From NCBI GenBank assembly GCA_951406725.2, contig OX597824.1:75268001-75332000 (forward strand): a stretch of DNA of 64,000 nt, in the 5' to 3' direction. This stretch comes from Octopus vulgaris (taxonomy: Eukaryota). The notes under the pieces are model-generated. The model worked only from the letters and a program-made list of their open reading frames with translations. It was not told where the DNA came from and did not search any database. The position numbers and the translations under genes were made by a program. Shown one piece after another: positions 13,025 through 31,698 of this stretch (positions are counted from its first letter, which is position 1; every line of letters starts with the position of its first letter).

Positions 13025-13485
13025 GAGTGAGAGAGCAGTGCATGCCATCAAAGTGACACTGGGGTAAAATATACGAAGCCCAATATACCCATCATGACTA
13101 CCCGTCTGATAAAGGTACACCAGGCACATGCATCACAACCATATGTGCGCGACATGGTGATCTCATATCAAGATAAACAGCACATGACCTTGCAGGTGGG
13201 GCCCAGTTAGAATTTTCTTCAGGTTGAGTAGCCCATCCCGCTCAAACGGTCCCTGAATAAGGGTTGTTTAAGGATGTTGAAAGAACCACCCATGTTTCCA
13301 GAGGTGAACTATTCAAACCCCAAAGAATCCCTCTCAACACATGGCTATGATGCTCCCCCACTACTTCTGCTCGTGATCAGAGATGCACATATCGTCAGCC
13401 ACTAAGGGACATGCTCAACTGGTTAAGGTCAAACAACTGACAAGCAAATCTGTGGTATTGAGCAGAATATTTGCTGTAGCCCATC

Positions 13486-13490
<5 letters not shown>
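13025..13490 (-). mobile_element. Non-coding element embedded in (ATT)n arrays (partial)
   Basis: Near-identical to 41600-41877 and reverse complement of 39293-39850. Confidence 0.8.
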
Positions 13491-13518
<28 letters not shown>

Positions 13519-13519
<1 letters not shown>

Positions 13520-13905
13520 GTGGAGGCGCAATGGCCCAGTGGTTAGGGCAGCGGACTCGCGGTCGTAGGATCGCGGTTTCGATTCCCAGACTGGGCGTTG
13601 TGAGTGTTTATTGAGCGAAAACACCCAAAAGCTCCACGAGGCTCCGGCAGGGGATGGTGGTGATCCCTGCTGTACTCTTTCACCACAACTTTCTCTCACT
13701 CTTTCTTCCGGTTTCTGCTGTAGCTGTATTTCAAAGGGCCGACCTTGTCACTTTCTGTGTCACGCTGAATATCCCCGAGAACTACGTTAAGGGTGCACGT
13801 GTCTGTGGAGTGCTCAGCCACTTACACGTTAATTTCACGAGCAGGCTGTTCCATTGATCGGATCAACCGGAACCTTTGTCGTCGTAACCGACGGAGTGCT
13901 TCCAT
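13519..13905 (+). mobile_element. tRNA-derived SINE (GGAGGCGCAATGG family)
   Basis: Highly similar to 9419-9807. Confidence 0.9.
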
Positions 13906-14339
13906 CCATTATTATTATTATTATTATTATAATAATAATAATAATAACAATAAAAAAGGCAGCGAGAAGGCAGAATCGTTAGCATGCCGGATGAAATGCT
14001 GAGTGGCATTTTATCTGTGTCTACGTTTTGAGTTCAAATTCCACCGAGGTCGATTTAGATTTTTATCCTTTTGGGGGGTCAATAAATTAAGTACCAGTGA
14101 AACACTGAAGTCAATGTAATCAACCAGTCCCCTCCTCCCTAAATTTCAGGCCTTGTGCCTAGCTAGAAGGGAAATCAGAGAGTGGTCCACCCTGGGCAGC
14201 ACTACTTTTGGGTCTGCTGTAGGCAATATGTATCTATTGTGGGGGCCAAGGGGCAGCAAATTGAATGGCCACCCTGGGCAGCACACACTCTAGCTATGCT
14301 AGTCTAGACACATACATCACAGCCTCTGTCACTACCCTC

Positions 14340-15830
14340 ATTTCACCATGTAAATGTACATTGGATCTTCAGCAGCACCATATATCATTAACCAAACCAG
14401 TCCTTCATTATCTCCTCCACGAAGAGGCAACATCTCCAAATCAGTCTTCACCACTTCAACGAAAGTTCTCCTCAGACTCTCACTTCCATAGATCCTACAA
14501 ACTTGAAGTGCTTGGCAATTCCTTATGCAGCAATCGTCCACCATCACATCATTGGCTCATTTCTGTACAGCATTCTCTCTTGCACATCATGTCTGATTAA
14601 TCTTACAATCATCATCATCATCATCATTGTTTAACGTCTGCTTTCTATGCTAGCATGGGTTGGACGATTTGACTGAGGGCTGGTGAACCAGATGGCTGCA
14701 CCAGGCTTCAATCTTGATCTGGGAGAGTTTCTACAGTGGATGCCCTTCCTAACGCCAACCACTCCAAGAGTGTAGTGGGTGCTTTTACGTGCCACCGGCA
14801 CGGGGCCAGTCAGGTGGTACTGGCAACGACCTCGCTCAAATTTTTTTACACATGCAACTAGTACAGGTGCCAGTAAGGCAATGCTGGTAACAAACATGCT
14901 CGAATGGTCCCTTTTACGTGCCACAAGCACAGAGGCCAGTTAGCCGCTCTGACAACGATCATGCTCAGATGGTGCTCTTCGCACCCTACTAGCACGGCGC
15001 TCAAGTGCCAGTAAGGCGACGCTGGTAACAATCATGCTTGAATGGTGCCTTTTACATGCCACTGGCACGGAGGCTAATTAGCTGCTAGTTTTTCTTTTAG
15101 CTCCTTTGTATTCTGATATTCATGTGCACAATAAGATTACATATCCAAAGTTAACATATTTGCTTCATTTCTTTCTAGCCTTTGCAAATTTCCTAGGCTA
15201 TGTCTTGCTACTGTGTAGCTATGTACAAAGTATCAAAATAACAAAATCATCTTACAATTTGTTCTTTACACAGAGGTGGAAGACCTTTGCTGCCAGCCAG
15301 CAGAGATAAAAGCATCCTGAACTTTCTCCAACCCATTCTTGCCCTGGAAACTTCACTTTCAGAACCGTCACTCCTGCTAATTATGTCATCAAGGAAACAG
15401 AATAAAGCTTTTGGGGCATTTAATAGAATCTTATTGTCAGTGTGCATTTAGTACTGATTGCCCTTGAGCACCAGCTGCATACAAAGCATACCTTCTCTGT
15501 TAGACTACTTGTGATTCCACTGCACCTCTTGCGCAGTCATAGCTTACACGCTGGGGACATGTGCAGTTCCCATATGCTACTTTTTTGCAGACTGAGAAAG
15601 GCAATATCTCTGTCAATGTCACAACCATATGAAACTCAAAGCCTTCTGATTTTCGCTTCTAAGTCTGGATCTTCTCTGATGCGATTATAAATTCAGCAAT
15701 AAGAATTAGATTATAAATATAGAGGAATTCTCATAAATTTCTGTGCAATGTACTGTTGAGCAACAATAAATAGCAGAGGGATATCAACTGAGCCTTGATA
15801 TCTACCTTAATGCTAAATTTATAGTTACCT
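14340..15830 (-). pseudogene. Degraded RTE-clade LINE fragments interrupted by a SINE
   Basis: Relic peptides FCFLDDIISRSDGSESEVSRARMGWRKFRMLLSLL and RRTFVEVVKTDL. A plus-strand 3' fragment RPRKIWVEVLKNDF lies at ~16740. Confidence 0.6.
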
Positions 15831-16164
15831 ATTACATATATATATATAGCCACCTTGTCTGGCTTCCGTGCCGGTGGCACGTTAAAAGCTCCAACCGATC
15901 GTGGCCGATGCCAGACCCCCCTGGCACCTGTGCAGGTGGCACGTAAAAAGCACCCACTACACTCGCGGAGTGGTTGGTGTTAGGAAGGGCATCCAGCTGT
16001 AGAAACTCTGCCAGATCAGACTGGAGCCTGGTGCAGCCCCTGGCTTCCCAGACCCCGGTCGAACTGTCCAACCCATGCTAGCGCGGAAAACGGACGTTAA
16101 ACGATGATGATGATGATGATGATATATGTATCAAATGAAATCAAAAACAGAACACAAAGGATGT

Positions 16165-16257
16165 CGTGGTACACGTGTTTCAAGCTTTATAAACGGCCTA
16201 GTCTTACATCAGTGTATAATAGACATAAAGGATGGTTTAAAGCTCTCTTCAGCCACA
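16165..16257 (-). ncRNA. Type I hammerhead ribozyme, intact core
   Basis: TGTGG CTGAAGA [GAGCTTTA/TAAAGCTT] GAAAC ACGT GTA|CCACG. Palindromic stem III, 5-bp stem I. Confidence 0.8.
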
Positions 16258-16338
16258 TGCAATTGTTATTCCAAAGAGTTACATCACACTATGAAAAGTC
16301 CGAAAGGTACATTTAGTGTTATTGGAATAACAATTGCA

Positions 16339-16431
16339 TACGGCTGAAGAGAGCTTTAAACCATCCTTTATGTCTATTATACACTGACGTAAGAATAGGT
16401 TGTTTATAAAGCTTGAAACACACGTACCACG
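16339..16431 (+). ncRNA. Type I hammerhead, intact core, weakened stem I
   Basis: CGG CTGAAGA GAGCTTTA..TAAAGCTT GAAAC ACAC GTA|CCAC. Confidence 0.65.
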
Positions 16432-16540
16432 ACATCCTTTGTGTTCTGTTTTTGATTTCATTTGATACATATACACTCTCACCTCTGCTACTAGCTGGCA
16501 TATACAGGTGCTTACAGTTATCAAGTATTCACCCTAAATT

Positions 16541-16586
<46 letters not shown>

Positions 16587-16640
16587 CATCATCATCATCA
16601 TCATCATCGTTTAGCGTCCGTTTAAACGATGATGATGATG

Positions 16641-16690
<50 letters not shown>

Positions 16691-17679
16691 GTGTGTCTCA
16701 GTATACACACATACACACACACATAAACATACATATATGAGACCCAGGAAGATATGGGTAGAAGTACTGAAGAATGACTTCAGGATACTGAACGTTTCAG
16801 GCAAGGTGACAAAGGACCGAGATGCTTATTAGTGCCTTCTCGTACTTAAGAAGATCCATACTACATAACTGAAGTCTTAAGACTGACCCTTCAAATGGTC
16901 TGAAGCACTTGTGGTGGTGCCACGTAAAAGTGCCTGTGTGGTGTCACATAAAATCACCTGCATAGTGCCACAAAAAAGCACCCAGGTCCCTCTGTAAGTG
17001 GTTGGCATAAGGAAGGGCACCCTAAAGGCAGCGAGCTGGCAGAAACATTAGCACGCCGGGTGAGATGCTAAACATTATTTGGTCTGCCATTACGTTCTGA
17101 GTTCAAACTCTGCCGGGGTCAACTTTGCCTTTCATCCTTTCGGTGTCGATAAATTAAGTACCAGTTAGGCACTGGAGTCGATGTAATCAACTTAATCTCT
17201 TTGTCTGTCCTTGTTTGTCCCCTCTATGTTTAGCCCCTTGTGGGCAATAAAGAAATATTAGGAAGAGCATCGAGCTGTAGAAACCATGCCAAATCAAACT
17301 GGAGTCTGGTGCAGCTCCCCAGCTCTGGTCAGACTGTCCAACCAATTGCAGCATGGACAACAAATATTAACAGATGATGATGATATATATATACTTATAT
17401 ATATCACACACATACATATGTACATTATACACTATTATATATATATAATTATAATTAAATAAGACTCAGGTAAAAAAACCTTGCAGTATGTTATGCAAAG
17501 TTACTGCAAAGTTATTCGCTCTTGGTACTATGAATGTAAAAACGTTGAAACAATTGTAGTGATGTAAAATAAGAAATGTTGTTCGTTCCATTTACTGTCA
17601 CTTATTTATCCCGATATACAAACATATGTATACATATATACATATACATACATATATATATTTATGTATATACATATAT

Positions 17680-17886
17680 ATACTCTTTTACTTGTTTCAG
17701 TCATTTGACTGCAGCCATACTGGGGCACCGCCTTTAGTCGAGCAACTCGACCCCGGGTCTTATTCTGTTTGTAAGCCCAGTACTTATTCTATCAGTCTCT
17801 TTTTGCCGAACCGCTAAGTGACGGGGACGTAAACACACCAGCATCGGTTGTCAAGCAATGCTAGGGGAACAAACACAGACACACAA

Positions 17887-17959
<73 letters not shown>

Positions 17960-18125
17960 TACGACAGGCTTCTTTCAGTTTCCATCTACTAAATCCACTC
18001 ACAAGGCTTTGGTTGGCCCGGGGCTATAGCAGAAGACACTTGCCGAAGATGCCACGCAGTGGGACTGAACCCATAACCATGTGGTTGGTTAGCAAGCTAC
18101 TTACCACACAGCCACTCCTGCGCCT
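17680..18125 (-). mobile_element. Full-length GTAAAAGA-tailed SINE
   Basis: Reverse complement of 2541-2960. Similar copies at 21000-21395, 46650-47058, 48345-48712, 50417-50860 and 56020-56428 (-), and 34273-34655 and 41922-42262 (+). Confidence 0.85.
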
Positions 18126-18164
18126 ATGTATATGTATATACCAACATCGTAGCAGCAATAAATG

Positions 18165-19839
18165 AGGTCAAACATTACTCTGCTGTAGGCCCTGATAGAT
18201 TTCTCGCTAGTCTCCTGAAGGAATGTAGATATCAACTTGCAGTCCCTCTGACCAACCTCTGGAGAAACTTGTTAGACGCAGGTTATATACCGAAACAGTT
18301 TCTATCCCAGTCGGTCATCCCTGTTTTCAAACAGGGAAACAGATCCCTCGCAGTCAACTATCGCCCAATCTCACTCACCTTCCACATCATTAAAGTGTTT
18401 GAAAGAGTGTTAAGATCAAGGATAGCTGACTTCCTGGAGACCCACAAACTCCTAAATTCAAATCAGCATGGCTTTCGCTGTGGCAGGGACTGTCTAACAC
18501 AGCTCTTACACCACATTGAAGATGTACTCAAAGCCTTGGGAACAGGTTCGAACTCTGACGTCATATATCTTGACTTCAGTAAAGCGTTCGACAGGGTAGA
18601 CCAATAACATCCTACTCTCAAAATTGGCAAATGTTGGAATCCGTGGAAAAGTTCTACACTGGATACAGTATTTCCTGGCGAATAGAACACAACATGTTGT
18701 AGTTGATGGAGTCCACTCAAACCCAGCAAAAGTCACCAGCGGTGTTCCCCAGGGAACTGTTTTGGGTCCGCTACTCTTCATAATTTACGTAAACGACCTT
18801 TCCAGTGTCGTACATCACTGCAAAGTGAAAATATTCGCTGATGACACTAAGCTCCAGCAAATCGTCAATGAAGAAGCAGACCGAACTCAACTCCAGTCTG
18901 ATCTATATGCTGTCAGTCAATGGGCAGACAGAAACAAAATGCAACTGAATGAGGGAAAATTTGAGCTGATGCATTTTGGAAGAAATTCTTCACTAAAACA
19001 ACCATACTCTCTTCCTTCAGGGGAACCGCTCACAGCCTCTAACAATATCAGAGACCTGGGTGTAATTGTTGATGACGATCTCAGTTGGAGTGCACACATC
19101 AACAAGAAGGTCGATATAGCTCATAGGATGAGTTCCTGGATCTTAAGAACTTTCCGGTCCAGAGAACAAGGTGTCATCATACCACTTTTTTCCTCCTTTG
19201 TACAGCCACACCTTGAATACTGCTGCCCACTGTGGTCTCCTCACACAAGACAAAACATCTCCAGAATTGAGTCACCCCAGAGGGCTCTCACTAAACAAAT
19301 TGAAGGCATGGCTGCTCTCGATTATTGGGATCGCCTTAAAGCCTTGAAACTTTACTCCCTCCAGCGTCGCCGTGAGCGGTACATCATTTGTACGATGTGG
19401 AAAATATACCGCCAACTTTGCCCAAACGACCTAAACATTAGGTTCATCCAAGACTTGGACCACGGGCTATACATCCCCTGCCAAATTCAAGATCACGACA
19501 TACATGTACACTGCAACATAATTTCTTTTCCTCAACAGGCCCTGCCCTATTTAACATTGTCCCGAGGGAGATCAAAGAGGAAAAGGATCCCATCAACTTT
19601 AAACAGAGTCTGGATAGATTCCTTCAAAGAATACCAGATAAGCCACCCATAATTGGATACAACTCACCCAACAAGAACTCACTACTTGAACAAAACTGGA
19701 TACAACTCACCCAACAAGAACTCACTACTTGAACAAAACTTGACTTAAACAGGATTCGAATAATCCTATCAGGTGGTGCTATTAAGTTAGACATGGCCTG
19801 GACCAATCTCTGGTCAAAACATATCTAAGTTTATCTAAG

Positions 19840-19840
<1 letters not shown>
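18165..19840 (+). pseudogene. 5'-truncated CR1-group LINE, reverse transcriptase (frameshifted)
   Basis: NYRPISLT, QHGFR, YLDFSKAFDRVD, GVPQGTVLGPLLF, IFADD, LYSLQRRRER. +1 frameshift near 18605, 43-bp tandem duplication at 19654-19739, TATCTAAGT tail repeats. Confidence 0.92.
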
Positions 19841-19875
<35 letters not shown>

Positions 19876-20163
19876 TATATAAACATATTAAAAAATATAA
19901 ATATATCATCATCATTGTTTAACATCTGTTTTCCATGCTAGCATGGGTTGGATGGTTTGACCAGGGTCTGGGAAGCCAGGAGGCTGCACCAGGCTCCAGT
20001 TTGACCTGGCAGTGTTTCTACAGCTGGATGCCCTTCCTAATGCCAACCACTCCAGGAGTGTAGTGGGCACTTTTTACATGCCACCGGCACAGAAGCCAGT
20101 CAAGACAGCATTGGCATCGGCCACGTTCTGATCGTGCTTTTATAAACATATGAATATTAACAC

Positions 20164-20198
<35 letters not shown>

Positions 20199-20265
20199 TT
20201 ATATATAGACATATATATTGTGTGCATGGGTGTCTCGTGTGTGTGTATATATATATATATGCATG

Positions 20266-20308
<43 letters not shown>

Positions 20309-20563
20309 TCATCATTTAGCGTCCGCTTTCCATGCTAGCATGGGTTGGACGGTTCAACTGGGGTCTGTGAAGCCAGAAGGTTGCATCAGGCCCAGTCTGC
20401 TCTGGCAGTGTTTCTACGGCTGGATGCCCTTCCTAACGCCAACCACTCCGTGAGTGTAGTGAGTGCTTTTTACGTGCCACCCGCACAGGTGCCAGACGGA
20501 GCTGGCAAACGGCCACAGACGGATGGTGCTTTTTACTTGCCACTGGCACAGGGGCCAGGTGAG

Positions 20564-20616
<53 letters not shown>

Positions 20617-20617
20617 T

Positions 20618-20662
<45 letters not shown>

Positions 20663-20663
20663 T

Positions 20664-20694
<31 letters not shown>

Positions 20695-21399
20695 GTAGAC
20701 ATATATACTGTGTGCATGAGTGCCGTGTGTGTAGTGTGTATGTATATATATATGCATGTGTGCATATATATATATGAATGCATATATACATACATACTGG
20801 CATGTGTAAAGGATTCATACATCACAAATATATTTATTTGCACCTGCACATTCACATAAGTATGAATATGTGTAAACATATATATATATATGAATATGTG
20901 TAAACATATATATATATATATGTGTATGTGTATGTACATATATGCATATATACATATATGTATACATGTATATATTCATATATGTATATACATGCATATA
21001 CTCTTTACTCTTTTACATGTTTCAGTCAGTTTGACTGTTGCCATGCTGGAGCACCGCCTTTAGTCGGGCAAATCGACCCCAGGACTTATTCTTTGGAAGC
21101 CTAGTACTTATTCTATCAATCTGTTTTGCTGAACCGCTAAGTTACGGAGACGTAAACACCAGCATCGGTTGTCAAGTGATGTTTGGGGGGGACAAACACA
21201 GATACACAAACACACACACAAATATATACATATACATATATATGATGGGCTTCTTTCAGTTTCCGTCTACCAAATCCACTCACAAGGCTTTGGTCGGCCC
21301 GAGGCTATAGTAGAAGACACTTGCCCAAGGTGCCACGCAGTGGGACTGAACCCGGAACCATGTGGTTGGTAAGCAAGCTACTTACCACACAGCCATACA

Positions 21400-21983
21400 T
21401 TTTTATATAGATATATACATACATACATACAAACATATAGACATTTATATACATATGCATGCATATGTAGATATATGTATGCATCTCTATATATGTGTAT
21501 GTATGTTTCCATGAGTACTTGATTAACCAGGAAAAAAATGGTGTAGTTTAAGCAGTTGTGTCCCTTTATATGTATCCACTTAGCAGTTCAATAAACAGTG
21601 ATTAATAATAACATAATAACCAGATTGAAATAAATATCAGAGTTCATATTATGAATGTTCGTGCTCCAGTATGGATTTAGTGAAGTGGCTCAGCTCAGTA
21701 AAATATATATATATATATATAAATAACATATATACACATCTATCTATCTATTTACCTATCTATCTATTTATCTATCTATCTATCTGTCTATCTAGAGAGA
21801 GAGAGAGAAAGAGGTATATATATATACATACATATATACAAATATATATATATATATATATATACATACATATATATATGCACATACACACATATACAAA
21901 TATATATATAAATATACACATACACATACACACACATATATATATATATATACATACATATATATATATGTATGTATTTATAA

Positions 21984-22023
<40 letters not shown>

Positions 22024-22187
22024 ATATTTATATATATATATGCATATATTTACACATATACATATATGGATATCTATCTATCAATATATATACACACACA
22101 CATATATATATAAATATATATATATGCATATACATATATATATATATTTATATACACATACATACATGCATATTTGTACATACATAT

Positions 22188-22263
<76 letters not shown>

Positions 22264-22307
22264 TATATATATATAAATAGATATAGTTAGGTTGATAGAT
22301 AGATATT

Positions 22308-22344
<37 letters not shown>

Positions 22345-22595
22345 AATATATATATTATATAGATAGATATACATACATGCACATATGCATTTCTACCTTC
22401 ATATATTTCATTCCTCTCTAATTGCCTCACTCAGTTGACTGCAAGCATGCTGGGGTGTTGCCTCTGATGCATCAAATATCAACCCTTTGATTCTAGACTC
22501 ACCAGCCTGTACAGAACTTTTGAAGTTAACAAGAAAGGGTCAAAACATGTACACACATATATAATAATAATAGTGACGATGATGTTAATAACAAT

Positions 22596-22668
<73 letters not shown>

Positions 22669-23760
22669 CATATATTTTGTTACCAGTGAACCAAATTCAA
22701 CTGTCAAGGCACTGGTTAACCCAAAGCTTTTGCAAAAGACAGTAGTTAATAACAATGATGAAAACAAGCACAAATCCATCTATCTATCTATCTATATATA
22801 GATATCTATATATAAATATATATATATATATAAATCCCATCATCATCACATGGCCACACATTTATACACATATATAAATATATATACATAGGTATAAAAC
22901 ATGTCATGTATATATCCATATATATATTTATATATATATAAAGAGAGAGATATATATATATATACACATACATATATTAATATATATATATATACAAATT
23001 GAGATAGGGGTTGTATACATACATACATACATACATATATTTATATATATATGTACATATATATACATACATATAATATATAAATATATATATACATATA
23101 ACATATATATATATATTGTTGTATTTGGAATGGTCATTTGGCCAGTTTAGCCAATAATATGTATATATATATATATATACAATATATATATGTATTTTAC
23201 ATTCGTGCGTATGTACAAAATATACCTGATGACATGCATATATCTATACTTACATGCATATACATACATGTATCTATATATATACATATATATGCATACA
23301 TATATATGTATACATATATTTATATATACATACATATATAAATACATACACTCATATATATGTATTGGTATTTATTGGTGCATTCTTGTATCACTATTCT
23401 ATGTGTATATATATAAACATACATATATTTATACATATATCTATCTATCGCCCTTATTATATCTATAATATATATTTGTACACCATACATAGATATATAT
23501 ATAAATACATACACCATACATACATATATATATAAATACATACACTCATATATATGTATTGGTATTTATTGGTGCATTCTTGTATCATATATAAACATAC
23601 ATATATCTATCTATCGCTCTTACTATATCTATATAATATATATATATATATAATATATATATATATATTTGTATATCATATATATATATTTGTACATCAT
23701 ACATATATATATATATATATATATGCCTGTCTATCTCATATAATATATAATATATAAAAT
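21400..23760. repeat. Compound microsatellite field ((TA)n,(TACA)n,(TATC)n) including a ~195-bp local duplication at 23335/23530
   Basis: Direct inspection. Confidence 0.9.
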
Positions 23761-24112
23761 GATAGAATAGAATATTAATATTGGGTATAAAACACACGCA
23801 TAGTTGTTTGCCATTGAATGTCAACAGTTGGTTTGTTTACATATCAACATGTCAATATTATTTTCCCAAAAAACATACAAATAAACAAAGCACTGTAAAA
23901 GTACAGGAAGTAAGGAAGGGAAAAAGAAGGTCAACGAAAAAAAAACTGGCATAGAATGAAAATAAATACGAGAGAGGGCGGGGTGGAGGTAATTCGATTT
24001 TTCTTCTTTTTTTTTATATGTTTGTCAACACCCGCACCCACCTCGAAAACGAAAGTGGCATTTTTTTTTTCTGTAATTTTTTTTTTTTTTTTTCGGCTAT
24101 ATATATACTCAC

Positions 24113-25507
24113 TTGGAGGTCAGATGTCATGGTTTGTTGTTGGTCCATCTCGATCTGCAACGGCGGGGGACTCCCATCACTACACACGGAATTGGGTGAA
24201 GCCGAGGGTAGACCGGCAGCGGCGTGCACGGACGACACGCCGCTGCCGTAGCCGGCGGCGTGCGGAAGGCCCGCATAGGTTTCGTAATCCCTGTCTCGTG
24301 TCGTCGAGACGGTGCTAAGGTGCGCCGGGGGTGCTTGCGAATGGGCATGTTGTTGCAACTGTTGCAATTGTTGCTGCTGCTGCTGTTGTTGTTGTTGTTG
24401 TCTGAGTTGGGGAGTAAGCAGTGCAGCAGCGCGTGCAGACACCGTCTGGTGATGCTGTTGAACGTGTCTGGAGGAGAGATGAGAATTTAAAGAGTTCAGC
24501 ACCGACGGGGGAGAACCGCTGTTGTTGTTGTTGTTGTTGTTGCCGTTCGTGGAGTTGTTGTTGTTTGTATTGTTTGTGGTGTTGTTGTTTGTGTTGTTGT
24601 TGTTGCTGCTTGTGCTGTTGTTGTTGACGCTGTGATTGTTGTTGTTGCCGTTGCTGTTGTGATTGGCGCCGCTTCCCGCCACATGTGCTGCTGCAGCCGC
24701 CGCCGCTGCCGCCGCCGCCACGGCACATGTGGTGAGCGACGACACGGAAGCTGACGACACAGCAACAGACGACGAGGGAGAATACTGTTGTTGTTGTTGT
24801 TGCTGTTGCTGTTGTTGTTGTTGTTGTTGTTGCAAATGGTGTTGTTGCTGATGGAGGGAGACAATGGACGATGAAGTAGTAGAAGAAGAGGAAGACGATG
24901 CTGTTGCTGTTACTGCTGCTGCATTCACCACGATTCCCCCGGCAGCGGCTGCGACAACACCCCCGCCACCGCCGCCGCTGCCGCTGCCGCTCACGCCGGT
25001 TCCAGACACACCACCGCCGCCACCGCCACCGCCGCCGCCGCCACCACCTCCACCACATCCCGTACGGTTGCTGGCACCACCAGGCTGGGATGCTGTTGTT
25101 TGTAGCTGCTGTGAAGGTTCCTCCTGGAGCAGGTGATGTTGTTGTTGTTGATGAGGATGATGATGATGATTGTAGTGCTGATGCTGTTGTTGTTGTTGAG
25201 CTTTCTGTTGTTGCTGATGATGATGTTGCTGATGGTGATGTTGGTGATGAGGAGGAGGAGGATGAGTAGCTGAAGAAGAAGACGGCGGCGATGCTGATGA
25301 CGACAGCGACGACAACGACGACGATGACGACGACCCGACTGCACCTGCAACTTGCTGGGGCCCGGGTAGAAATACCCTCAGCGGCTGGCCCGGTTGGCCC
25401 GGTTGGACGACCTGTAACTGCGAAAGGGCTTCCTTCACCCCAGCAGACACTGCCTTTTGTATGGCCTGTAATAACCACTCCACATCGTCTGTTGGAAGAG
25501 CGGCCAT
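24113..25507 (-). CDS. First coding exon (465 codons) of an unidentified low-complexity protein (poly-S/H/Q/G/A/N tracts), probably a nuclear regulator
   Basis: ATG at 25507 in AAAAAAATGG context (MAALPTDDVEWLLQAIQKAVSAGVKEALSQLQ...). Open frame to ...TMTSDLQ, then phase-0 donor GTGAGT at 24112-24107. GC/CpG-rich island in AT-rich surroundings, with mixed-codon homopolymers. Downstream exons not identified. Confidence 0.8.
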
Positions 25508-26220
25508 TTTTTTTCTCCACTCTGTTATAAGAGAGAGAGACGGTGAATGAGTGTGAGAGAGAGGAGAGAAGAAAGAGAATGTGTGAGAGGGAGACGGGAA
25601 GAGAGATAAAGAGAGAGAGACACGCACAGCAAAAAAAAAAAGAGGAGATAAATAAGTTAATGGAACCGGAGCGGATAGAGAAAGAGAAAGAGAGAGAAAG
25701 CGGGAGAGTGAGAGATAGCTATGAAAGATTGAGAGAGAGAGGCAGAAAAAAAAAAGGCAGGAAGTTACAGTGGAGGATGAGGGATTGCGAGCGAGAGAAA
25801 GAGAGAGAGAGGGAGAACGAAGAAGTAAAAATAGTGAGTGAGGGTGGCTAAAGTAAGAAGAAAAAGAATATAAGCGAAGAGAGAGAAGCGAGCGAACGTG
25901 CTATAAAAAGGGGGAGGAAGAAACGAAAGAGTGAGAAGAGATGGACAGAGAGCGTAAGAGTGAAAGACGGCGGCAGCGGCTACTACATTGCTTTGCCAAG
26001 GCGGGGGGAAGAACGTGAGAGAGAGAGAGAGAGAGAGAATTCGAAGTAGAAGAAGAAGGTGAAGACGTGATGGAAGAATGGATAAAAGGAGACACGCGCG
26101 CAGCAGCTTCCTTTGTATTTTTTTTTCTGTTTTTGTTTTGTTTTTGTTCTTTTTTTCTTTGCTCTCTTTCCGTCTCTCTATCCTTCGCATCATCTCTCTA
26201 TCCTATCTACTTCTACACAA
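25508..26220 (-). promoter_or_regulatory. Probable 5'UTR/proximal promoter of the minus-strand gene
   Basis: TE-free, CT-rich (minus strand), CpG-containing unique sequence directly upstream of the ATG. TSS not determinable. Confidence 0.4.
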
Positions 26221-26233
26221 CAAAATCCAACTA

Positions 26234-31460
<5,227 letters not shown>

Positions 31461-31637
31461 TATTTTATAATTATAAGCATAATTATAATTAGGTTTCAGC
31501 TAATTGCTTCATCACATACCGAATTTAGAAATAGGAGTTAAAATTCCTTTTCTGTTAGTATACGAATCTCCATGACGGTTAACATACTTTTTTACGAAGG
31601 CAAACGGAAAAACAATGAATCAACACGACCAGGATTA

Positions 31638-31698
31638 ACTATATACGCGTTTCGAGATTAAAGTGATTTAAACTTTTTACTTCTCTCTTCAGTATAGT
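31638..31698 (-). ncRNA. Minimal type I hammerhead ribozyme, intact core (Penelope-type)
   Basis: ACTATA CTGAAGA [GAGA/TCTC] GAAAC GC GTA|TATAGT. Perfect 6-bp stem I, palindromic ACGCGT stem III. Confidence 0.82.

Larger units (their letters stand above)
16123..16473. repeat. 152-bp inverted repeat (47-bp spacer), each arm carrying a hammerhead
   Basis: Arms 16123-16274 and 16322-16473 are reverse complementary with few mismatches. Confidence 0.9.

Noticed and set aside
22440-22780. Candidate downstream exons of the minus-strand gene
   Set aside because: Donor-like motifs are present but no convincing acceptor/frame pair was found.
21671-23824. Numerous ORFs rich in YI/HT/CV/LSIY repeats (here and throughout)
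   Set aside because: Translations of stop-free (TA)n, (CA)n and (TATC)n microsatellites; no coding signal.
24315-25520. 401-aa alternative-frame ORF and antisense ORFs overlapping the exon
   Set aside because: Starts at GTG, not ATG; lack of stops is expected from CAN/GGN triplet repeats.
24014-25627. 537-aa ORF taken as a complete single-exon gene
   Set aside because: The first 40 codons are CT-repeat UTR with a non-ATG start, and the tail after the GTGAGT donor runs into poly-A intron sequence.
25900-25912. TATAAAA box on the plus strand (divergent promoter)
   Set aside because: A single motif in AT-rich DNA with no supporting transcript evidence.
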